DNA of 64,000 nt. Source: Vicinamibacterales bacterium. GTDB lineage: Bacteria; Acidobacteriota; Vicinamibacteria; Vicinamibacterales; UBA2999. Made by a program: the position numbers and the translations under genes. The notes below the pieces were generated by a model, which saw only the letters and a program-made list of their open reading frames with translations, searched no databases and was not told where the DNA came from. Within the stretch, counting starts at the first letter, position 1; each line of letters starts with the position of its first letter. Shown piece by piece: positions 42,777 to 50,272 of this stretch. The stretch is from contig JAUXWO010000111.1 of the NCBI GenBank assembly GCA_030680175.1, forward strand, positions 65,145-129,144. Reading direction: 5' to 3'.

Positions 42777-43738
42777 CGTACCAGTGGACCAAGCTCGGAC
42801 GCGTCTTCGACCCCGCATCGCGCCCCCGGCCCGAGTGGCTCCGCGAGTTTGCGCAGGCGCCGGCCACGCTCGTGCTCGACGACGTCGTGCGCGTCTACTT
42901 CTCGTGCCGTCCCGGACCGGACGCCGAGGGACGGTACGTGAGTCACGCGGCGTACGTGGATCTGAACCGCCGCGACCTGTTCGAGGAGGTCGGTCTGTCG
43001 CCAGAGCCCGTGCTCCCGCTCGGCGGCCTCGGGACGTTCGACGAGTTCGGCACCTATCCCACGTCGGTGGTCCGCCATGGTGACCAGGTGTGGGCGTACT
43101 ACGGCGGATGGACGCGCTGCATCTCGGTGCCGTTCGACGTGGCCATCGGCCGCGCGGTCAGCCACGATGGCGGCCGCACCTTCGAGAAGGCGGGGCGCGG
43201 CCCCGTGCTCGGCGCGTCGCTCGGGGAGCCGTTCATCATGAGCGGCCCGAAGATCCGGCGGTTCGGGGACCGCTGGTATCTCTTCTACATCGCCGGCGTG
43301 AAGTGGATTCCGACGGGGAGCCGCGCCGAACCCGTCTACCGCATCCGGATGGCGACGTCGGACGACGGCGTGACCTGGACGCGTCACGGCCGCGAACTCA
43401 TTCCGCCCCGGATCGAACCTGACGAGTGCCAGGCCAGCCCGGACGTGATCGAAGCCGGCGGCCGGTACCACATGTTCTTTTGCTACCGCCACAGCCTCGA
43501 CTTCCGCAACCGCGACCGCGGCTACCGGATCGGCTATGCCTCGTCGACCGACCTGGTGCACTGGGAGCGCGACGATGCGCGCGCGGGGCTGGGGGTGTCG
43601 GCGGAGGGCTGGGACTCCGAGATGGTGAGCTACCCGCACGTGTTCGTGCTCGACGGCGTCACCTGGATGTTCTATCTGGGCAACCAGGTGGGCCGGCACG
43701 GCTTCGGGCTGGCACGGCTCGAGGGGAGCCTCGCGTGA
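42773..43738 (+). CDS. Predicted five-bladed beta-propeller protein (GH32/43/130-like), paralog 1; no signal peptide
   Basis: TTG start within a TTGA overlap. Repeated blade-like motifs: VRVYFS, GTFDEFGTYPTSVV, AIGRAVSHDGGRTFEK, RMATSDDGVTWTR, GYASSTDLVHWERD and FYLGNQVGRHGFGLA. The fold is inferred. Confidence 0.5.
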   Translation: MTYQWTKLGRVFDPASRPRPEWLREFAQAPATLVLDDVVRVYFSCRPGPDAEGRYVSHAAYVDLNRRDLFEEVGLSPEPVLPLGGLGTFDEFGTYPTSVVRHGDQVWAYYGGWTRCISVPFDVAIGRAVSHDGGRTFEKAGRGPVLGASLGEPFIMSGPKIRRFGDRWYLFYIAGVKWIPTGSRAEPVYRIRMATSDDGVTWTRHGRELIPPRIEPDECQASPDVIEAGGRYHMFFCYRHSLDFRNRDRGYRIGYASSTDLVHWERDDARAGLGVSAEGWDSEMVSYPHVFVLDGVTWMFYLGNQVGRHGFGLARLEGSLA

Positions 43739-44691
43739 AGTGGGTGAAGCGGGGGCTCTTGTTCAACCCCGAAGAACACCGGCTGCCGGCCGGGTGCACC
43801 GGCTTCGCGCAGTCGCCGCAGGCGCTCGTCTGCGACGACCACGTGCGGATCTACTTCTCGACGCGGCGGGCCGAGTCCGGCGGCCAGTTCCTGAGCCATG
43901 TGGCGTGGGTCGACGTGGACCGCGAGGTCCGCACGATCCTCCGGGTCGGCGAACGGACGGCGCTGCCGCTCGGCGGGCTTGGCTGCTTCGACGAGCACGG
44001 CATTTTCCCGTTCAACGTCGTGCGGGATGGCGACGCGGTGCGCGCCTACACCTGCGGGTGGAGCCGGCGCGTCTCCGTCCCGGTGGAGACGGCCATCGGA
44101 CTCGCCGTCAGCCGTGACGGGGGAGAGACGTTCGAGCGCACCGGCCGCGGGCCGGTGATGGGGCCGACGCCAGACGAGCCGTTCCTGGTGGGCGATCCGT
44201 TCGTGCTCAGGCACGAGGGACGCTGGCACATGTGGTACATCTACGGCACGGCGTGGGCGCCGGGTGGGCCGGCCGATCCAGGTCCCGCGCGCGTCTACAA
44301 GATCGCCTACGCCTCGTCCCCTGACGGACTGTCCTGGGAGCGCGACGCGCGTGCCATCGTGCCCAGCCGCGTGGGCGACGACGAGTGCCAGGCGCTCCCG
44401 ACGGTCTTCGCGTGTGACGGACGCTGGCACATGTACTTCTGCTATCGTCATGCCACCGACTTTCGCACGAACCCCGCGCGCGCCTACCGTCTCGGCTACG
44501 CGTGGTCCGAGAACCTGCGCGAGTGGGTGCGCGACGATGCCTCGGCGGGCATCGACGTCTCGGCGTCCGGGTGGGATGCGGAGATGCAGTGCTACCCGCA
44601 CGTGTTCTGGTGCGGGGACACGGCGTTCCTGCTGTACAACGGCAATGCGTTCGGCCGCGCCGGATTCGGCGTGGCCGTGCTGGAGCACTAG
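43735..44691 (+). CDS. Predicted five-bladed beta-propeller protein, paralog 2
   Basis: Starts at GTG 43735 (GTGA overlap). Collinear with paralog 1: VRIYFS, GCFDEHGIFPFNVV, AIGLAVSRDGGETFER, AYASSPDGLSWERD and LYNGNAFGRAGFGVA. Confidence 0.5.
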   Translation: MKWVKRGLLFNPEEHRLPAGCTGFAQSPQALVCDDHVRIYFSTRRAESGGQFLSHVAWVDVDREVRTILRVGERTALPLGGLGCFDEHGIFPFNVVRDGDAVRAYTCGWSRRVSVPVETAIGLAVSRDGGETFERTGRGPVMGPTPDEPFLVGDPFVLRHEGRWHMWYIYGTAWAPGGPADPGPARVYKIAYASSPDGLSWERDARAIVPSRVGDDECQALPTVFACDGRWHMYFCYRHATDFRTNPARAYRLGYAWSENLREWVRDDASAGIDVSASGWDAEMQCYPHVFWCGDTAFLLYNGNAFGRAGFGVAVLEH

Positions 44692-44800
44692 TGGGGTGTA
44701 GCTACGAACGCACTGGCGTGCCGCGCCGTTGGCGCGACACGGAATTCATCGTCGAAGGCTTGTCTAGCGCACCACCGATTCAGTTGATACAGTCCGTTAG

Positions 44801-45553
44801 ATGAGTGCACCCGAGCGCGACTACGACCGCGAATTGCGGGACACGCCCGACCACAAGTACGCCTACACGTTCGACCTCGACGTGATGCACCCGTTCATGC
44901 TGCGCTCGTTCGAGCCGTTCTGCGGCGACGGCAGCGTGCTCGAACTCGGCAGCTACACGGGGGAGTTCACGGGCCGCCTGGCCGGGCGGTTCACGGACAT
45001 CACCTGCGTCGAGGCCTCCGGGGAGGCGGTGGCGCAGGCGCGGGCGCGGCTGGGAGACCGGGCGCGAATCGTGCACGGCACCTTCGAGTCCGTGCGGCTC
45101 GAGCGCCGGTTCGACCACATCGTGCTGACCCACGTGCTGGAGCACCTCGACGACCCGGTGGGTGTCCTGCGGCGTGTCAACGACGAGTGGCTCAACGAGC
45201 GGGGGCGGCTGTTCCTGGTGTGCCCGAATGGCAACGCCGCGTCGCGGCAGATCGCGGTGCGGATGGGCCTCATCCCGCACAATGCGGCGATCACGCCGGC
45301 CGAGCGCGAGCACGGACACCGGATCACCTACACGCTCGACACGCTCGAGCGCGACGCCCGCGCGGCGGGCCTGCGCGTCGTGCACCGCTCCGGGATCTTC
45401 TTCAAGGCGCTGGCGAACTTCCAGTGGGACCGGCTGCTGGCGACCGACATCATCTCGACGGAGTACCTCGAGGGGTGCTACCAGCTCGGGCACGTCTACC
45501 CGGACTTGTGCTCGAGCATCTTCCTGGTGTGCGAGCGTGGGGAGGCGGCCTGA
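44801..45553 (+). CDS. Class I SAM-dependent methyltransferase
   Basis: Motifs VLELGSYTGEFTGRLA, IVLTHVLEHLDDP and GRLFLVCPN. Confidence 0.8.
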   Translation: MSAPERDYDRELRDTPDHKYAYTFDLDVMHPFMLRSFEPFCGDGSVLELGSYTGEFTGRLAGRFTDITCVEASGEAVAQARARLGDRARIVHGTFESVRLERRFDHIVLTHVLEHLDDPVGVLRRVNDEWLNERGRLFLVCPNGNAASRQIAVRMGLIPHNAAITPAEREHGHRITYTLDTLERDARAAGLRVVHRSGIFFKALANFQWDRLLATDIISTEYLEGCYQLGHVYPDLCSSIFLVCERGEAA

Positions 45554-45559
45554 TCCCGC

Positions 45560-46264
45560 ATGACGCTGGGGATCATGCAGCCGTACTTCCTGCCGTACCT
45601 CGGCTACTGGCAGCTGCTGGCGCGGGTGGACGCCTTCGTCGTGTACGACAACATCCAGTACACGAAGAAGGGCTGGATCAACCGGAACCGCTACCTCCGG
45701 GATGGCGAGCCGGCGTGGTTCACCGTGCCGCTGAAGAAGGCGTCGGACTATCTCGATGTGCGCGAGCGCGAGGTGGCGCCGGACTTCGATCGCGCCAAGC
45801 TCCTGCGCGCGCTGGCGTCGAGCTACCGCACGGCGCCGCAGTTCGACGCGGTGTTCCCGCTGGTCGAGCGCGTGGTGCGCGCGCCGAAGGCCCATCTTTT
45901 CGACTACGTCCACCACAGCCTGATCGAGACTGCGGCGTTCCTCGGCGTCGCCACGCCGATCGTCGTCTCGTCCACCGTGGCCATCGACCATACGCTGGCG
46001 GCGGAGCGCAGGGTGCTGGCGCTCTGCGAGGCGATCGGCGCGGAGGCCTATCTCAACCCGGTCGGCGGGCAGGCGCTGTACTCGGCCGCGGCGTTCGCGG
46101 CCCGAGGCGTGCGGCTCCAGTTCCTGCGCCCGCAGCTGCGCGAGTATCCGCAGTGCGGGCGCCCTTTTGTGCCAGGCCTGTCGATTCTCGACGTGCTGAT
46201 GTTCAACTCCCGGGACACCGTGCGGGAGATGCTGAAAGAGTGTGATGTCCTCTCCGCGGTTTAG
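45560..46264 (+). CDS. WbqC-family protein, copy 2
   Basis: The N-terminus MTLGIMQPYFLPYLGYWQLL...QYTKKGWINRNR is the characteristic WbqC N-terminus. Confidence 0.8.
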   Translation: MTLGIMQPYFLPYLGYWQLLARVDAFVVYDNIQYTKKGWINRNRYLRDGEPAWFTVPLKKASDYLDVREREVAPDFDRAKLLRALASSYRTAPQFDAVFPLVERVVRAPKAHLFDYVHHSLIETAAFLGVATPIVVSSTVAIDHTLAAERRVLALCEAIGAEAYLNPVGGQALYSAAAFAARGVRLQFLRPQLREYPQCGRPFVPGLSILDVLMFNSRDTVREMLKECDVLSAV

Positions 46265-47375
46265 CGAGCCCATCTACGTGACTCGGCCGCTGCTGCCGCC
46301 GCTCGACGCCGTGCAGGCGCGGCTGGCGGAGGTGTGGACGGCGCGCTGGCTGACCAACGACGGTGCGCAGACGGTCGCGCTGACCGAGGCCATCGCCGGC
46401 CATCTCGGCGCGCCCCACGTGTCGCTCTTCAACAACGGCACGATCGCGCTGCTGGCCGCCGTGCGTGCGCTGGGGCTCACCGGCGAGGTCATCACGACGC
46501 CCTTCACGTTTCCGGCCACGCCGCACGCCGTGTCGTGGAGCGGCGCGACGCCGGTCTTCGCGGACATCGATCCGGTCACGATGACGCTCGATCCGGTGGC
46601 CGTCGAAGCGCTGGTGACCCCACGGACGACCGGCATCCTCGCCGTCCACGTCTACGGCATTCCCTGCGACGTGCGCGGCCTGCAGACGGTCGCGGATCGC
46701 CACGGCCTGAAGGTGATCTACGACGCGGCCCACGCATTCGGGACGACGATCGATGGCGTGGGAATCGGGACCTTCGGGGATGCGTCGATGTTCAGCTTTC
46801 ACGCGACGAAGCTGTTCCACACCGCGGAAGGCGGCGCGCTCGCCTGCCGCGACCCGGAGACCAGGGCGCTCGTCGACCAGCTCAAGAACTTCGGCATCCT
46901 CAACCAGGAGGAGGTCGGGCCGGTCGGCATCAACGGCAAGATGAACGAGCTGCAGGCCGCGCTCGGGCTGGCCGTACTCGACTGCGTGCCCGAGGAGTTG
47001 CGCAAGCGCCAGGCGATCATCGCCCGGTACCGCGAGCGGCTGGCCGGCGTGTCAGGCGTCACGCTGATGCCCGAGCCGTCCGGCGTGCGGAGCAGCGGCC
47101 AGTACTTCGTGATTCGCATCGACGCGCAGGCGTTCGGCCGCTCGCGCGACGAGGTGCACGAGGCCTTCAAGCGCGAGAACGTGATGACGCGGAAGTACTT
47201 CTTTCCGCTGTGCACGGACTATGCCTGTTACCGCGATCTGCCCTCGGCCGCACCCGGGCGCCTGCCCGTGGCGGGCCGGGTCGTGCAGGAGGTGCTCTGC
47301 CTGCCGCTCTACGGCACCCTGGCGCTGGACGATGTCGACGCCATCTGCGATCTGCTGACTGGTTTCCGGCGGTAG
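46245..47375 (+). CDS. DegT/DnrJ/EryC1/StrS-family aminotransferase, copy 3
   Basis: Starts at ATG 46245 (the ORF track GTG is at 46242). Motifs LFNNGTIALLAAVRALGL, VIYDAAHAFG and FSFHATKLFHTAEGG. Confidence 0.9.
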   Translation: MSSPRFSEPIYVTRPLLPPLDAVQARLAEVWTARWLTNDGAQTVALTEAIAGHLGAPHVSLFNNGTIALLAAVRALGLTGEVITTPFTFPATPHAVSWSGATPVFADIDPVTMTLDPVAVEALVTPRTTGILAVHVYGIPCDVRGLQTVADRHGLKVIYDAAHAFGTTIDGVGIGTFGDASMFSFHATKLFHTAEGGALACRDPETRALVDQLKNFGILNQEEVGPVGINGKMNELQAALGLAVLDCVPEELRKRQAIIARYRERLAGVSGVTLMPEPSGVRSSGQYFVIRIDAQAFGRSRDEVHEAFKRENVMTRKYFFPLCTDYACYRDLPSAAPGRLPVAGRVVQEVLCLPLYGTLALDDVDAICDLLTGFRR

Positions 47376-47377
47376 CC

Positions 47378-48298
47378 ATGCCCACACTGTCCTTCGTCAT
47401 TCCCGTCTACCGGAACGAGCGTGCGGTCACGCTGACCTACCAGAAACTCTGCGCGATGCAGGCGGCGGACCTCCCCGGCTACGACCGCGAGTTCGTCTTC
47501 GTGGACGACGGGTCGGACGATGGGTCGCTGCAGGAACTGCTCGGGCTTCGGGCCGGCGACCCGACGGTGCGGGTCGTCTCCTTCACCCGGAACTTCGGCC
47601 AGATGGCGGCGATCCTGGCCGGGCTGAAGCACGCCACCGGCGACCTGGTGCTGCACCTGTCAGCCGATCTGCAGGATCCGGTCGAGCTGATCCCCCAGAT
47701 GGTGCGCGCGCACGAGGCTGGGCATGAACTGGTCGTGGCGTATCGTCAGAGCCGCGAGGACAGCTGGACGGCGCGGATCACGTCGCGCCTGTTCTACGGC
47801 CTGGTCCGGCTGTCGTTTCCGCAGATGCCGCCCGGCGGGTTCGACTACGTCTTGATGGACCGGCGTGTCGTCGACGCGTTCAACCAAGTGGAGGTCCGGA
47901 ACCGCTTCTTCCAGGGCGACCTGCTGTGGCTTGGCTACCGCACGACGTTTCTGCCCTACACACGGGCGAGACGCGAGATCGGGCGGTCGCAGTACAACTT
48001 CTGGAAGCGGCTGAAGAACTCGCTGGATGCGGTCCTGGACGCGTCGTTCCTGCCGATTCGCGCCATCAGCCTGGCGGGCGTGTTCACGGCGCTCGTCGGG
48101 TTCGCGTACGCGTTGAACATCATCTACTACCGGCTGGTGCATGGCGCGCCGTTCCAGGGGTGGGCGCCCATCATGGTGGTCACCCTGGTCATCGGCGGCG
48201 TCATCATGATGATGCTGGGCATCATCGGCGAGTACGTCTGGCGCATCTTCGACGAAGTGCGCCGCAAGCCGAACTACGTCATCCGCGACATCTACTGA
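47378..48298 (+). CDS. Glycosyltransferase family 2, polyprenyl-phosphate sugar synthase type (ArnC/GtrB-like), paralog 4
   Basis: Trimmed to MPTLSFVIPVYRNE at 47378. Motifs FVDDGSDDGS and LSADLQDP. Two C-terminal TM helices are followed by a GEYVWRIFDEVRRKPNY tail. Confidence 0.85.
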   Translation: MPTLSFVIPVYRNERAVTLTYQKLCAMQAADLPGYDREFVFVDDGSDDGSLQELLGLRAGDPTVRVVSFTRNFGQMAAILAGLKHATGDLVLHLSADLQDPVELIPQMVRAHEAGHELVVAYRQSREDSWTARITSRLFYGLVRLSFPQMPPGGFDYVLMDRRVVDAFNQVEVRNRFFQGDLLWLGYRTTFLPYTRARREIGRSQYNFWKRLKNSLDAVLDASFLPIRAISLAGVFTALVGFAYALNIIYYRLVHGAPFQGWAPIMVVTLVIGGVIMMMLGIIGEYVWRIFDEVRRKPNYVIRDIY

Positions 48299-50272
48299 GT
48301 GCGTACCTTCGTCCGCCGCGAAGCCGTGTGGGTGGCGCTCCTCGTGGTCTGTGCCGCCGCCTGGGGCGCGAGCTACGTGCAGCGCTGGCGAGACGCCGGA
48401 CGGGCGCAGAGTTTCTACCAGGAGTACTTCGAGCCGGCGGTCATGATTGGGTGCGGCCGCGGGTTTGTCGCCGCGGAGGTCACGCCCGCGGAGGTCAAGG
48501 CGTTCCTCGAGCAGCGGGCCGATGCGGTGGACTGTGCCGCGCTTCCAGACGGCATGCCCGTCGTATCGACCGGCCTGTACCAATACGCATGGTTCTACCT
48601 GATGTGGATGGTCGGCGCGTTCTGGATGATGGCGGGAGTGTCGTGGAGCGGGCTCGTGCCCCTGTTCGGCGCCCTCTTCGCGGTCGTGATCGGCCTCGCG
48701 TACGCGATTGTCCGGCTGGTGGTTCCGCCATCGGTGGCGTGGGTGGCGGCGGCGGGGCTCATGGCCTCGTCGCTGCATCTCGAGAACCTGCCTCACCTGC
48801 GCGACTACGCGAAGGCCCCCTTCGTGCTTGGCCTCCTGCTCATTCTCTTCGCCATCGTCCGGCGGCCCACTCCGTTCAGAGTGATCGCGTTGTCGGGCCT
48901 GTACGGCCTGGTACTCGGTATTGGCTACGGCGTTCGGACCGACTTCCTCGCGCACATCCCGCTGCTGCCAATGGCGGTGCTGGTGTTCGTGCCGGGATTC
49001 GACGCGCGGGCGTTGGCCGCAAAGGCGGCCGCGCTCGTCGCGGCGGCCGTGATGTTCGTCGTCGCGTCGTGGCCAGTCGTGTCCTATGTCGTGAATCAGG
49101 GCGGCTGCCAGTGGCACGTGGCGCTCGTGGGGCTCGACCACCAGTTCACCAGGGATCTCGGCGTCGCGCCGTCGTACTACCAGTGGATCTCGCGCTCGTC
49201 GGACGAGTACGTGCACGCCGCCGTGAACGGCTTCGCCTACCGGACCGAGGGCGCGGCGCCCGTTCCGTACTGCTCGGCGGAATACGACCGCGCGTCGGGC
49301 CGGTACCTCGCGTCCATCGCGACCGCGTTCCCGGCGGACGTGCTCACCCGCGCCTACGCCTCGACGCTCCGAATCATCGACCTGCCGCTCTTCCAGTGGA
49401 CGGCGGGGCCTGGCGCCGAGCGCAGCACGGTGGGCCATGCCATGACGTACTTCGTCGGAACGGCGCGGCTCGCGACGATGGCGGCGGTGCTGGCGCTCGG
49501 CGCCTGGAGCTGGAGGGTGGGGTTGTTCGCGCTCGCCATCGTGCTCTACTGCGGCGCCTACCCGTCACTGCAGTTCGGATCGCGGCACTTCTTTCACCTC
49601 GAGTTCATCGGCTGGGGCGCCATCGCTTTCGTCGTGTGGCTCGGCGTCTCGGCGGCGCGGGCATGGCGGGGACGGGAGACGCCGCCCTGGCGCGGCCACG
49701 AGGCGGCGCTCACGCGGCGCGCGGTCCAGTTCGCAACGGTCGCCATTCTCGGCCTGCTGACGCCGCTGTTCATGGCTCGGGTGTACCAGGACGCGAGGTT
49801 CCTGCAGCTTCGGACCGCGTTGCTGGAATCACCACGAGTGCCTGTGGCCATGGCGCCTGACGCTGATGGCGCGTTCCTCCGCGTGTCCGACCAGGCGGCG
49901 CTCGACACAGGGCCGGACGAGACAGGCACCGTCTATCTCGACATCCAGCTCGATCTCGACGCGTGCCCGGAGGGCGTGCCACTCGCCACGCGTTACGAGG
50001 TCGAGAACCCGGTCTTCGACTTCTCGTGGCCGATCCAGCCACAGCCGGCGACGGCCGTGCCCGCGCGTGTGCTCCTGCCGGCATACGAGGGCTTCGCGGG
50101 CCTGGCGCTGAACGGCGCGCCGGCGCGCTGCGTGACGTCGGTGCACCGTGTCCCGTCGGCCGAGCGGCTGCCGCTGCTGCCGATCCTGACGCTGCCGGCC
50201 GAGTGGGAACGACGCCCCGCGCACCAGCGTGTCGGGGGGATGGCACTTCGTCTGGGGTGGTATGGCCTCTGA
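48299..50272 (+). CDS. Large polytopic membrane protein, family A paralog 2 (GT-C-like)
   Basis: The GTG start directly abuts the upstream TGA. Motifs PAVMIGCGRGF, HLRDYAKAPF and LQFGSRHFFHL are shared with 1875..4499 and 50262..52778. Its C-terminal soluble part differs from the GYQ-RW module. Confidence 0.55.
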   Translation: MRTFVRREAVWVALLVVCAAAWGASYVQRWRDAGRAQSFYQEYFEPAVMIGCGRGFVAAEVTPAEVKAFLEQRADAVDCAALPDGMPVVSTGLYQYAWFYLMWMVGAFWMMAGVSWSGLVPLFGALFAVVIGLAYAIVRLVVPPSVAWVAAAGLMASSLHLENLPHLRDYAKAPFVLGLLLILFAIVRRPTPFRVIALSGLYGLVLGIGYGVRTDFLAHIPLLPMAVLVFVPGFDARALAAKAAALVAAAVMFVVASWPVVSYVVNQGGCQWHVALVGLDHQFTRDLGVAPSYYQWISRSSDEYVHAAVNGFAYRTEGAAPVPYCSAEYDRASGRYLASIATAFPADVLTRAYASTLRIIDLPLFQWTAGPGAERSTVGHAMTYFVGTARLATMAAVLALGAWSWRVGLFALAIVLYCGAYPSLQFGSRHFFHLEFIGWGAIAFVVWLGVSAARAWRGRETPPWRGHEAALTRRAVQFATVAILGLLTPLFMARVYQDARFLQLRTALLESPRVPVAMAPDADGAFLRVSDQAALDTGPDETGTVYLDIQLDLDACPEGVPLATRYEVENPVFDFSWPIQPQPATAVPARVLLPAYEGFAGLALNGAPARCVTSVHRVPSAERLPLLPILTLPAEWERRPAHQRVGGMALRLGWYGL

